Positions 1 to 9,796 of a stretch of DNA of 34,067 bases are shown here, piece after piece. Position 1 is the stretch's first letter, and each line of letters begins with the position of its first letter. The notes below the pieces were generated by a model, which made no database searches, was not told where the DNA came from, and saw only the letters and a list, made by a program, of their open reading frames with translations. Both the position numbers and the translations under genes were made by a program. The stretch lies in sequence record SRR22947725_2200; one strand, 5' to 3'.

Positions 1-1
1 C

Positions 2-712
2 ATAAGATACCCCTTCTATAAGATAATTAGAGCTAAAGCCTACAAAGAAATATTTAAAAATACTAATCCTAAAAATACTTTTACTAATATTTATAAATAT
101 AATTGGTGGGGATCCGAAGAAAGTATAAGTGGAGTGGGTTCCACAATTGAAAATACAGAAGAAATTCGTAACAATTTATCCAAGTTATTTTTTAAATATA
201 AAATAAAAACTATTTTTGATGGCCCTTGTGGTGACTTTAATTGGATGAAAATTCTTCTAGCAAAACATAAATTATATTACATAGGATGGGATATAGTTGA
301 TGAAGTTATTGAAGCGAACAAATATTTATATTCAAATACTAGAACAAAGTTTGAAGCAAAGAGCATTATGACATGTAAAGTTCCAAAGGCTGATATTTGG
401 TTGTGTAGAGATTGTTTTATTCATTTTTCATATTTAGATATTCATAAAACCTTACAAAATTTTTTAAAATCAAATATTCCTTACATCCTTTTTTCTACTT
501 ATAAAAATGACAGGAATTTTAAGAATCATGATATTCAAACAGGCGACGCTAGAGTGTTAAATTTTTTCATATTTCCATTTGATTTTAAACAAAATTTTGA
601 TGAAATAATTAAAGACGATAAGGTAGCGGGTGTCCAAAAGTACTTAGTTATGTTTTCAAGAGAAGAAATTTCTAAAAGTATAGACAGTTTTTATTCTAAT
701 ATAAAAAAATAG
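2..712 (+). CDS. Class I SAM-dependent methyltransferase-like protein of polysaccharide loci (5'-truncated by the window)
   Basis: The frame of ORF 134..712 is open back to base 2 (IRYPFYKIIRAKAYKEIFKNTNPKNTFTNIYKYNWWGSEESISGVGS...). It contains the family pattern F..IY..N.WG..ES.SG.GS, a motif I-like IFDGPCGDFNWM, YIGWDIV and LCRDCFIH. The GTG at 134 is internal. Confidence 0.75.
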   Translation: MRYPFYKIIRAKAYKEIFKNTNPKNTFTNIYKYNWWGSEESISGVGSTIENTEEIRNNLSKLFFKYKIKTIFDGPCGDFNWMKILLAKHKLYYIGWDIVDEVIEANKYLYSNTRTKFEAKSIMTCKVPKADIWLCRDCFIHFSYLDIHKTLQNFLKSNIPYILFSTYKNDRNFKNHDIQTGDARVLNFFIFPFDFKQNFDEIIKDDKVAGVQKYLVMFSREEISKSIDSFYSNIKK

Positions 713-720
713 CTATTATT

Positions 721-2223
721 ATGCATAATTTATTTTTTAAAGGTTTCACTATCGGAATTTTGGCTTCTGCTGTAATTGCGGCCTTGAATATTATTTTAAC
801 ACCCATAATAGTTCATAATTTAGGATTAGAGAGTTATGGAATAATTGGAATATATACAACGTGGGTAATGGTGTTTAGCATAATTGATACAGCTATTTCA
901 AAGACAGCTGGTAGAGAATTTGGAAAGTTAATTGGGAAAAATAAAGATCATCAATTTGTAAATAATTTATTGAAAACCTCTGAATTTTTATATTTCGTAA
1001 TCGTTATTCTTTTTTTAACATTATTTATAGTACTATTAACATTTATATTTTTTTTAGAATTAAAATTTGAAATAGAAATATCGATTAACCTATTCTTTTT
1101 ATTAGTGTTGAGTGGTGTGTGTCAGCTACTGAGTAATTTTTACAGTTCATGCGTAATTGGTTTGCAACGACAAGATATTTCATCCTATATTACTGGTTTT
1201 ACTGGGGTAACAAGAATATTATCCTTAATAATATTATTAGAATACTATGATATCAAATTAACAGATTTTTTTCTAATTCAAACAATGTTTTTCTTTTTTC
1301 AAATACTAGTTTCTAGATTAGTGTTAAAAAAGAAATTAATAAAAATTCAATCTAAAACTAAAATAAAATACGATTATTTGAAAGTTTTAATCAAAAAATC
1401 AATGATTATGGTTGGAATAGGTATATCGGGTATTTTTGCAAGTTATTTTGATAAGATTATTTTAAGTACATTTATACCACTAAAAGACTTTGGTTTGTAC
1501 TCTTTGGCATGGGTTATAGCCTCATCTATGTTCTTAGTTGCCATGCCATTCTCATTAGGCATTGAGGCTAGATTAGCTAATGCAGTTGGAAGTAAAGGAA
1601 AAATTTCAATCGTCGACGTTATGTCTAAAGGAACTTTTATATTTTATGGATTGTTAATTATAATTGCTTTAAATATTATTATTAATATTCAAGAAATAAT
1701 TGATATTTGGTTAAACTTAACTTCAGATATATATATTTTAACTAAGATAACAATATTTATGATTATTGGATCAATTTTTGTAAGCTGTTCCTATGCATTG
1801 TCTTCATTGATGTATTGTCTAGAAAAATCTTCTCTTATTTTAAGAGTTAATTACTTAATATTGATATTTTATTTGCCTGTATTATGTTTTGCAATTTACA
1901 AATTTAATATGTTAGGCGCGGCAATCGCATGGGCTTTTTATGGATTTTTGATTTATGTTATCTATTTATATTTGCTCTTTAAAACAACGCAAAATTCTGT
2001 GATTAGTAAAATTCTTAATATTAATATTCTAATACCGCTCTCAATTTTCTTTATTATAGATAAGACGTTTAATTACTTTATTTTTGATTTAACAAGCGAT
2101 AAGTTATTAATTATATTTATAATATTTTTCAAAATTATTAGCGCATTATTGATTTTATTTATTATTTATAGAAGTTTATATAGTAATAATAAAATACTAG
2201 AACTATTGAGGATAAAAAAATAA
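721..2223 (+). CDS. wzx: Wzx-type oligosaccharide flippase
   Basis: 500 aa, multi-TM throughout; TPIIVHNLGLESYGIIG and FDKIILSTFIPLKDFGLYSLA patterns of the MOP/Wzx family; lies among glycosyltransferases. Confidence 0.85.
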   Translation: MHNLFFKGFTIGILASAVIAALNIILTPIIVHNLGLESYGIIGIYTTWVMVFSIIDTAISKTAGREFGKLIGKNKDHQFVNNLLKTSEFLYFVIVILFLTLFIVLLTFIFFLELKFEIEISINLFFLLVLSGVCQLLSNFYSSCVIGLQRQDISSYITGFTGVTRILSLIILLEYYDIKLTDFFLIQTMFFFFQILVSRLVLKKKLIKIQSKTKIKYDYLKVLIKKSMIMVGIGISGIFASYFDKIILSTFIPLKDFGLYSLAWVIASSMFLVAMPFSLGIEARLANAVGSKGKISIVDVMSKGTFIFYGLLIIIALNIIINIQEIIDIWLNLTSDIYILTKITIFMIIGSIFVSCSYALSSLMYCLEKSSLILRVNYLILIFYLPVLCFAIYKFNMLGAAIAWAFYGFLIYVIYLYLLFKTTQNSVISKILNINILIPLSIFFIIDKTFNYFIFDLTSDKLLIIFIIFFKIISALLILFIIYRSLYSNNKILELLRIKK

Positions 2224-3338
2224 AAAAAATATTATTTATTATTAATTCACTTGCAAAAGGTGGCGCTGAAACACATTTGTTCTATTTAGCCTCAAAATTA
2301 AAACAAGAAGGTAATGATGTTAAAATATGCACTTTATACAGCCATACTAACACTGGCTCTGAGGATATTATTAATGAATTAAATTCATTAAATATTGAGA
2401 TTATTAACTTAAAATTTAATAAATATTTTATTTTTTCTTTATGTTATAATTTTAAAAAAGTATTCAAAAATATTAAATCTTTTAATCCAAATATTCTTCA
2501 TTCACATCTGCCAAAAGCAGATATTTTTAGTGCTATTATAAAACTCTTTCACCCACGATTGATTTGGGTATGTACATTTCATGACGCATATATAAAAAAT
2601 GTATATTCAGGGTATTGGATTTTTTATTTTTTGAAAAAATTATGGAATAATGCAGATACAGTAATTGCAGTATCTGATTATGTCAGGTTGTGGGCTGAAA
2701 ATCATCTTTTGATACCGAAAGAAAAAATTAAAGTAATTAATCATGGGATAATTTTTAAAAATAAAATAATAAAAAAACAATATAATAATAAACTGCCTAT
2801 AATTTTGGGTTCTTTAGCAAGATTTGAAGAAAGAAAGGGTTTTAAAAAATTAGTTAAAATTATTGAAATTACAATTAAAAAAATTCCTAATATTGAATTA
2901 CATTTAACAGGAGATAATCCATTTGGTTATAAAGAAGAGATAGAACTATTAATTGAAAAAAGAAATTTGTCTAAAAATATATTTTTGTATGATTTTGAAA
3001 AAGATATAAATAAATTTTTCAACAAAATTGATATTTATCTTTATGCAAGTAGTGCTGAAGGCTTTGGTTTGTCATTAATTGAAGCGCTTAGTTTTGATTT
3101 ACCTATAATTTGTTTTGATATTGCGCCGTTAAATAAAATTGTAAAGAATAATGAGAACGGGCTTCTAATAAAGCCATTTGACTTGAATGCATTTTCTAAA
3201 AGCTTAATTTATTTAGTTAAAAATAAGCAAGCTTATATAAATTTATCCCAAAACAATTCTAAAGAGGTTAAACAAAAATACAGCCTTGAAAAAATGGTTT
3301 TTGAAACAGATAATTTATATCAAAATCACTTACTCTAG
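2220..3338 (+). CDS. Glycosyltransferase family 4
   Basis: C-terminal EX7E motif (EGFGLSLIE). The GT4 N-terminus KILFIINSLAKGGAETHL lies in frame upstream of the called TTG at 2277, so the start is placed at ATA 2220 (start uncertain, see findings). Confidence 0.85.
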   Translation: MKKILFIINSLAKGGAETHLFYLASKLKQEGNDVKICTLYSHTNTGSEDIINELNSLNIEIINLKFNKYFIFSLCYNFKKVFKNIKSFNPNILHSHLPKADIFSAIIKLFHPRLIWVCTFHDAYIKNVYSGYWIFYFLKKLWNNADTVIAVSDYVRLWAENHLLIPKEKIKVINHGIIFKNKIIKKQYNNKLPIILGSLARFEERKGFKKLVKIIEITIKKIPNIELHLTGDNPFGYKEEIELLIEKRNLSKNIFLYDFEKDINKFFNKIDIYLYASSAEGFGLSLIEALSFDLPIICFDIAPLNKIVKNNENGLLIKPFDLNAFSKSLIYLVKNKQAYINLSQNNSKEVKQKYSLEKMVFETDNLYQNHLL

Positions 3339-3347
3339 GATGAAGCA

Positions 3348-5273
3348 ATGTGTGGAATATCAGGCTTTCTAAAACTTGAAAACATAAAAATAGTAAATCT
3401 TGATAGAGATGATTTGTTGAAAATGTCAAGATCTTTGTCTCATCGTGGTCCAGACAATAATCAAATTTGGATAGAGGATAATATACATTTAGCACATACT
3501 AGACTATCTATTTTAGATCTTACTGAAAATGGAAATCAACCTATGCTATCTAGAAGTCAGAGGTTTGTGATTACTTTCAATGGTGAAATTTATAATTATA
3601 ATGAGCTTAAAAAAAATATATTATATAAAAATTTTTCTTATAGAGGTAATTCTGATACTGAAGTCTTTATAGAATGTGTTGAACAGATAGGTCTAGAACA
3701 AACTCTATTGTTAACTAGAGGTATGTTTGCTTTTGCAATATGGGACAGGAGAGATAAAGAATTAGTTTTAGGTAGAGATAGAATAGGTGAAAAACCCATT
3801 TATTATGGATATATTAAAAATTATTTTATTTTTTCATCTGAGCTTAAAGCGATTAAAAGTTTAAAAAAACTTGATCTTGAGATTTCTAAAGATGCAATGA
3901 ATTTAATGTTGCGTTTTGGTTACGTCCCAGCTCCTAACTCAATATATAAAGATATTTTTAAATTGAATCCTGGTCATCTTTTAAAGGTTAAAATTGATGG
4001 AGTAAGACAAAAACCTTTCATATGGTGGAACAATGAAATAAAAAAACAAAAGAATACAATTTCTTCTGATATTAATTTAGAGACTGATTTACAGAAAATA
4101 TTACAAGAAGCCGTAAAAGAACAAATGATTTCTGATGTGCCCATAGGTGCTTTTTTGTCAGGAGGAATAGACTCTTCATTAATAGTTTCTTTAATGCAGG
4201 AGCAAGCTTCAAAGCCAATAAATACATTTACAATTGGATTTACTGAAGTAAATTATAATGAAGCGCATTATGCCAAAAAAGTGTCTAAAATATTAGGCAC
4301 TCACCATCACGAACTTTATGTTTCACCTAAAGAAGCAATGGGGTTAATACCTAACATACCGTCTATTTATGATGAGCCCTTTGGTGATTCCTCACAAATT
4401 CCTACACTTTTAATATCAAAACTTGCTAGTAAACATGTAAAGGTGTGTTTAACTGGTGATGGGGGTGATGAATTGTTTGGAGGGTACAATAGGTATATTT
4501 GGGCTAACCAAATTTATTCTTTGTTGAAATTTTTTCCTAAAAAGATCAGAAGATTATTGAGCATGGCTTGTTACTTATTACCATCAAATGATTGGAACAG
4601 ATTATGTGATGTTCTGTTTAAAATTTTGCCAGCTAAGTTAAAATTAAATAACGTTGGAGATAAAATACATAAATTTGGGGAGATATTAGACTTTAGTAAT
4701 GAAAAGGATTTGTATTTTAAGATAATAAGTCAGTGGAGAGCTGAAATACCTACGTCACACAAATTTGATACTAATAATTTTTTTACTAATAATAACAATT
4801 GGAATGATGATTTATCTTACATTGAAAATATGATGATTACGGATGCCTCTACATATCTTCCAGATGACATATTAGTCAAAGTAGATCGTGCTGCAATGTC
4901 TTTTAGCTTAGAAACAAGAGTTCCTTTTCTGGATAAAAGAGTCATTGAAATGGCCTCTAATATACCACTAAATAGTATGATTCATGATAAGAAAGGCAAG
5001 CTACCTCTAAGAAATGTTCTAAAAAAATATATCCCAGATGAACTTGTTGATAGACCTAAACAAGGTTTTGGTATTCCTATAGATTCATGGTTACGTGATC
5101 CTCTTCGAGATTGGGCTGAAAGTTTACTGGATAAGAAAAAACTTGAAGATTCATTATACTTTGATTCATCTTTAATTAGAAAGAAGTGGGATGAGCACCT
5201 CAGTCAAAAACATAATTGGCATTCTCCTTTATGGAATGTTTTAATGCTTCAAGCCTGGTTAGAAAATAATTAA
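3348..5273 (+). CDS. asnB: Asparagine synthase (glutamine-hydrolysing) family amidotransferase, probably a sugar amidotransferase
   Basis: Ntn N-terminus MCGISG, HRGPD, RLSILDL...QPM, NGEIYN, FLSGGIDSS, TGDGGDELFGGY, ETRVPFLD, RPKQGF. The polysaccharide-locus context suggests a WbpS/WbqG-like role. Confidence 0.9.
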   Translation: MCGISGFLKLENIKIVNLDRDDLLKMSRSLSHRGPDNNQIWIEDNIHLAHTRLSILDLTENGNQPMLSRSQRFVITFNGEIYNYNELKKNILYKNFSYRGNSDTEVFIECVEQIGLEQTLLLTRGMFAFAIWDRRDKELVLGRDRIGEKPIYYGYIKNYFIFSSELKAIKSLKKLDLEISKDAMNLMLRFGYVPAPNSIYKDIFKLNPGHLLKVKIDGVRQKPFIWWNNEIKKQKNTISSDINLETDLQKILQEAVKEQMISDVPIGAFLSGGIDSSLIVSLMQEQASKPINTFTIGFTEVNYNEAHYAKKVSKILGTHHHELYVSPKEAMGLIPNIPSIYDEPFGDSSQIPTLLISKLASKHVKVCLTGDGGDELFGGYNRYIWANQIYSLLKFFPKKIRRLLSMACYLLPSNDWNRLCDVLFKILPAKLKLNNVGDKIHKFGEILDFSNEKDLYFKIISQWRAEIPTSHKFDTNNFFTNNNNWNDDLSYIENMMITDASTYLPDDILVKVDRAAMSFSLETRVPFLDKRVIEMASNIPLNSMIHDKKGKLPLRNVLKKYIPDELVDRPKQGFGIPIDSWLRDPLRDWAESLLDKKKLEDSLYFDSSLIRKKWDEHLSQKHNWHSPLWNVLMLQAWLENN

Positions 5274-5308
5274 TAAATATGAAAAATTAGATGATATTGG
5301 ATAAATAA

Positions 5309-6484
5309 ATGAAAATTTGTCAATTATGTGCTGTAGATTTCACACTTAATTTTTTTTTACTGCCATTGATAGATGGTATGAAAAAACAAGGTTGGCAAGT
5401 TGAAGCTGTATGTTCAGATGGCCCTTATATAAAAAATCTTGTTCAAAAAGGTTATATAATTAAAAACATAGACATACCAAGAAAGTTAAACCTAATTTTA
5501 ATTTTCTCGGCTATTTATAATCTTTATATATTATTTAAAAGAGAAAAATACGACATAGTCCATGTTCATACACCACTTGCTTCAATTATAGCAAGAATAG
5601 CGGCCAAACTTTCAGGAGTAAGGCTAATAATTTATACTGCCCATGGATTTTATTTTCATGAAAACATGAGCCCCTTGAAATTTTATTTTTTTGTTTTCCT
5701 TGAAAAAATATTTGGGTTTATTACAGACATACTTTTCACACAAAGTTATGAAGATCAACAGATCGCTATTAAATTTAATTTTTTATCTGAGAAAAAAATA
5801 TTCAATATTGGAAATGGAGTTGATATCAACAAGTTTAATCCTAATAATATTAAAACAAAGACATTATTTAAAAGTAAGTTAATGATACCAAAAGGCAGCT
5901 TTACAATTGGTCTAATATGTAGATTAGTTAAAGAAAAAGGTCTCTTAGAATTTTTGAATGCAGCTGAAAAAGTATCAGAAAAATTTCCCAATGTTTATTT
6001 TGTAATAGTAGGTGAAAGGTTGAAATCTGATCATAATGATAGCGTTGAAAAACAAATTATAAAAACAAAAACTAAAATAGGAAAAAAAATATTATTTTTA
6101 GGAGTTAGAAATGATGTTCCACAAATTTTGTCTGCACTTGATTTGTTTTGTTTGCCTTCTTGGCGAGAAGGAATGCCAAGAAGTATTATTGAGGCAATGA
6201 TGATGGGTAAACCCGTTCTTGCTACAAATATTCGTGGTTCGAGAGAACAAATTATAAATAAAAAAACTGGTGTTCTTGTTCCTGTTAACTCCAGTATATC
6301 GTTAGAAAAAGAAATGATTAATTTAATGCAAGATAAAAAAAAATGTTATAAATATGGATTAGCTGGAAGAAAACGTGCTCTTAAATATTATGATGAGAAA
6401 AAAATAATTAATTTACAAATTCAAATTATTAAAACACATTTAGAAGACTTAAAAAGTCAAAAAGAAAATTTACATGCTTTATAA
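5309..6484 (+). CDS. Glycosyltransferase family 4 (PglA/CapM-like)
   Basis: HVHTP, YTAHGFYF, GNGVD, RLVKEKG, PSWREGMPRSIIEAM. Confidence 0.9.
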   Translation: MKICQLCAVDFTLNFFLLPLIDGMKKQGWQVEAVCSDGPYIKNLVQKGYIIKNIDIPRKLNLILIFSAIYNLYILFKREKYDIVHVHTPLASIIARIAAKLSGVRLIIYTAHGFYFHENMSPLKFYFFVFLEKIFGFITDILFTQSYEDQQIAIKFNFLSEKKIFNIGNGVDINKFNPNNIKTKTLFKSKLMIPKGSFTIGLICRLVKEKGLLEFLNAAEKVSEKFPNVYFVIVGERLKSDHNDSVEKQIIKTKTKIGKKILFLGVRNDVPQILSALDLFCLPSWREGMPRSIIEAMMMGKPVLATNIRGSREQIINKKTGVLVPVNSSISLEKEMINLMQDKKKCYKYGLAGRKRALKYYDEKKIINLQIQIIKTHLEDLKSQKENLHAL

Positions 6485-7049
6485 AACAACTAAGAGATTA
6501 ATTGATATTTTTTTTGCAATTACTTTTTTTTGTTTAACTTTACCCTTGTGGTTTTTTATATACTTTATTGTAAAATTTACTTCACAGGGCCCTTTTATTC
6601 ATTGGTCAAAGAGAATAGGAAAAAATAATACTATTTTTCTTATGCCTAAAATTAGAACTATGAAAATTTCTGCTCCTCAAATTGCTACTCACCTTTTATC
6701 AAATCCCGATAAATATTTAACTTCATTTGGCTCCTTATTAAGAAAGACTAGCTTAGACGAATTGCCGCAAGTTTGGTCTATATTATTAGGTGACATGTCA
6801 GTAGTAGGACCAAGACCTGCTTTATACAATCAACATGATTTAACTGAATACAGAAAGAGTTTAGGAATTGACAAGTTAATACCAGGTTTAACGGGTTGGG
6901 CTCAAATTAATGGAAGAGATGATTTAGAAATAAAGAATAAAGTAGATCTTGACTTTTTTTATCTAAATAATCAGTCATTTTTTTTAGATGTAAAAATAAT
7001 ATTCTTAACTTTTTTTGTTTTTTTTAACAAAAAAAATATTAAGCACTAA
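6474..7049 (+). CDS. Bacterial sugar transferase (undecaprenyl-phosphate phosphoglycosyl transferase, PglC-like)
   Basis: KRLIDI, KIRTM, RKTSLDELPQ, GDMSVVGPRP, PGLTGWAQINGR. Confidence 0.93.
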   Translation: MLYKTTKRLIDIFFAITFFCLTLPLWFFIYFIVKFTSQGPFIHWSKRIGKNNTIFLMPKIRTMKISAPQIATHLLSNPDKYLTSFGSLLRKTSLDELPQVWSILLGDMSVVGPRPALYNQHDLTEYRKSLGIDKLIPGLTGWAQINGRDDLEIKNKVDLDFFYLNNQSFFLDVKIIFLTFFVFFNKKNIKH

Positions 7050-7059
7050 CATTTTAAAA

Positions 7060-8955
7060 TTAAATAAATAAATAGTTATTAGTGCCTTTGAAATCAATTG
7101 GTATTTTTTCTAGATAATCTTTTGTTTTATAAACATCTCCTAAACCACATAAATTCTCTAGATTATTTAAGATTAAAGATAACTCTTTTTGAGAAATGCT
7201 TTTTTCACGAGCTTTAAAAATGCGAGGATGTTTTGTTGAGCTATGTTTAGGATCAATCAGTAACTCTTCATAAATTTTTTCTCCAGGTCTTAGTTTTGTA
7301 ATAATTATGTTATGATCATCTAATGAATTAACAATTTGTTGGTGATATTTAATTTTTGGCACGATCCCATGTAATGTTAAAATTCTTTTGGCTAAATTTA
7401 GAATTTTAACAGGCTTACCCATATCAAGTATGAATAGATCGCCATTATGAGACATTGCTCCAGCTTGAATTACTAGAGAAACGGCTTCCTTAATAGTCAT
7501 AAAATATCTACTAATATTTTTATGTGTGACAGTTAAAGGAACTCTATTTTTAATTTGTTCTTCAAAAAGTGGGATGACTGAACCTGATGAGCCCATTACA
7601 TTACCAAAACGGACTATAGAAAATATAGTTTTGTTTTGTCGTTCAGAACTTGATTGACATATTAATTCAGATAATCTTTTTGTGGCGCCCATAAAGTTAG
7701 TGGGTCTTACAGCTTTATCTGAAGAAATAAGAATAAAATTATCTACTTTATTTTTTATAGCTATTTTTGATAATAATGCAGTGCTGAATACATTATTTTT
7801 AATAGCTTCAATTATGTTGCCCTCTACGAGTGGCACATGTTTAAAAGCGGCAGCATGATAGACTGTTTCAATTTTAAAATTTTGAAATAAACGATTAATA
7901 AATTTGTGATCTTGGATTGACCCTAATGCAGAAAATACCTGAAAGTCCAATTTATTTTTCTTCATAAAATCTTTAATTTCACGATCTATTTTATATAATG
8001 CAAATTCTGAGTGATCTATATATATAATACATTTTGGAGATCGCTTTATAATTTGTCGACAGAGTTCGCTTCCAATAGATCCACCCCCACCAGTTACTAA
8101 AACGACTTTACTTTGAATATTCTTTTTCATTAAAGAAGGTATGGATGGTACTTCTTCTCTATCTAAAATTTCTTGAATAGATAAATTACTGATATCTGTT
8201 ATTTTGGCGTTTTGTTTGACTAAATTATTCATGCTAGGCATAGTTTTAATTTCAACATTCAGTGTTTCTAATTTTTTTATAATTTCATTTCTTTTAGTTT
8301 TCGAAATACTGGGAATGGCTAATAATACAACTTTTATATTTAATTTTTTAAATATTGAAATTTTTTTATCTAATTTGTAAACATTCAATCCATTAATAGA
8401 AAAATTTTGTAAATCTTTATTATCGTCTAAAAAAAACAATGGCTTATATTCAAGATTTTCACTTAATGCATTTTGCAACTGTCGTCCAGCTTCTCCGGCA
8501 CCATAAATTGCAGTAGGCTTTCTATTATCAAATTTATAGAGAAAATAAATACTCTTAAATAAAAATCTTATACTTATGGTCATTGTAAATATGAAAGTTA
8601 AATATATTAATGATATTGATCGCGGGATTATTAAATCCATTGATTCAGAAACTACTAGTATTATCAAGGATGAAAAAAATGTACCAATACCAACTATATA
8701 TAAAATTTTTTCTGATATATATCTTATTATAGACTGATAAAAACCTAGTTTCCAATAAATAACAATCGATAAAGGTATAAGAAAACTTAGAACAATCCAA
8801 ATGTCGTTTTGATATATGAAATTTAAACTATCTAACCTTATGATCATAGACGTAAAGGCGCTCAAAATTATTATCAATATATCTGTAAATATTTGAATGG
8901 ATATTTTTGTAAATCTAGATAATTTAAATATTTTTTCTAAATATTGATTAGTCAT
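7060..8955 (-). CDS. Membrane-anchored UDP-GlcNAc 4,6-dehydratase (CapD/PglF/WbpM family)
   Basis: N-terminal TM helices, IYGAGEAG, VTGGGGSIGSELCRQI, HAAAFKHVPLVE, SSDKAVRPTNFMGATKR, VRFGNVMGSSGSV, RPGEKIYEEL. Confidence 0.93.
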   Translation of the reverse strand: MTNQYLEKIFKLSRFTKISIQIFTDILIIILSAFTSMIIRLDSLNFIYQNDIWIVLSFLIPLSIVIYWKLGFYQSIIRYISEKILYIVGIGTFFSSLIILVVSESMDLIIPRSISLIYLTFIFTMTISIRFLFKSIYFLYKFDNRKPTAIYGAGEAGRQLQNALSENLEYKPLFFLDDNKDLQNFSINGLNVYKLDKKISIFKKLNIKVVLLAIPSISKTKRNEIIKKLETLNVEIKTMPSMNNLVKQNAKITDISNLSIQEILDREEVPSIPSLMKKNIQSKVVLVTGGGGSIGSELCRQIIKRSPKCIIYIDHSEFALYKIDREIKDFMKKNKLDFQVFSALGSIQDHKFINRLFQNFKIETVYHAAAFKHVPLVEGNIIEAIKNNVFSTALLSKIAIKNKVDNFILISSDKAVRPTNFMGATKRLSELICQSSSERQNKTIFSIVRFGNVMGSSGSVIPLFEEQIKNRVPLTVTHKNISRYFMTIKEAVSLVIQAGAMSHNGDLFILDMGKPVKILNLAKRILTLHGIVPKIKYHQQIVNSLDDHNIIITKLRPGEKIYEELLIDPKHSSTKHPRIFKAREKSISQKELSLILNNLENLCGLGDVYKTKDYLEKIPIDFKGTNNYLFI

Positions 8956-9019
8956 TATAGTTTAATCACCCAAAACTTTTGAAGTAAAATTTATACTAAA
9001 TTAATAGAAATTTATAGTT

Positions 9020-9796
9020 TTAATTGTTAGAGGTTACGACTTGTCTAATGCCTAAAATTTTATCATTTGTTTTATAAAATCTTTCCAATACATCAATGAG
9101 ATTTTCTTCTTTAACTGACATATGAAAAGCGTTGCTATGTAAAACCGTTTTGTCAGAGGTTGCTATAGCAACATGGCCTTTCCAAAAAACTAAACAACCT
9201 TTATTTATAGATTTAACATTCTTTATTTTTTCTGACTTGAATGATATTTGATCTATAGAATCTCTTGGTATAAAAAAACCTGAAGACATTAAGCTGGTTT
9301 GCACTAATCCAGAACAGTCTATTCCAGAATAAGTCCTCCCTCCCCACAAATAAGGAGTGTTTTTAAAATCCTTAGCGATGCAAATCCAGTCTTTATTTAC
9401 ATTTTCTAGAGATGTTAAATGGTTTGCCGGTATAAAGCCTGATTTATTTTCGTCAAGAGCGATTTCCAACCAATTATTTTGATGTGTTAATACAGATACT
9501 TTTGAGTTAAGATATAATTTGAAAATTAAACGAGATTTTATATCAGGTTTATCAAATACAAGAGTGCATAATTGGGATACTGAATGTGTTGCTTGTGGTA
9601 AAAAACCTAAATCTTTATTTTGTACCCATCCGACATAATCATCTAAATCGCACTTGCAATAGCACCATTCATTAGTTTCTTTTAAGATAAAAATATTTTC
9701 ACCAAATAAACATTCAGTCTTTAATGAAGATAATTTATTATTCTCTCCTTTTAGAGGAGAAGTCGATGCAATGATTTGTTTTTCTAAATAGCTCAA
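9020..9796 (-). CDS. NlpC/P60 (C40) peptidase with N-terminal SH3-like domains
   Basis: TPYLWGG...GIDCSGLVQ (catalytic Cys), FWKGHVAI (His), LHSNA; SH3-like YVGWV and SGFIP segments; no signal peptide. Confidence 0.88.
   Translation of the reverse strand: MSYLEKQIIASTSPLKGENNKLSSLKTECLFGENIFILKETNEWCYCKCDLDDYVGWVQNKDLGFLPQATHSVSQLCTLVFDKPDIKSRLIFKLYLNSKVSVLTHQNNWLEIALDENKSGFIPANHLTSLENVNKDWICIAKDFKNTPYLWGGRTYSGIDCSGLVQTSLMSSGFFIPRDSIDQISFKSEKIKNVKSINKGCLVFWKGHVAIATSDKTVLHSNAFHMSVKEENLIDVLERFYKTNDKILGIRQVVTSNN

Larger units (their letters stand above)
1..8955. other. Distal part of a surface-polysaccharide (O-antigen/capsule) gene island
   Basis: Contiguous methyltransferase-wzx-GT4-asnB-GT4-sugar transferase operon plus a convergent CapD-like dehydratase; wzx and the first GT4 look even more AT-rich than the flanking core genes. 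Confidence 0.85.

Noticed and set aside
5350-7025. T8-T9 homopolymers in glycan genes as phase-variation tracts
   Set aside because: All frames are intact, and such runs are common throughout this AT-rich window.
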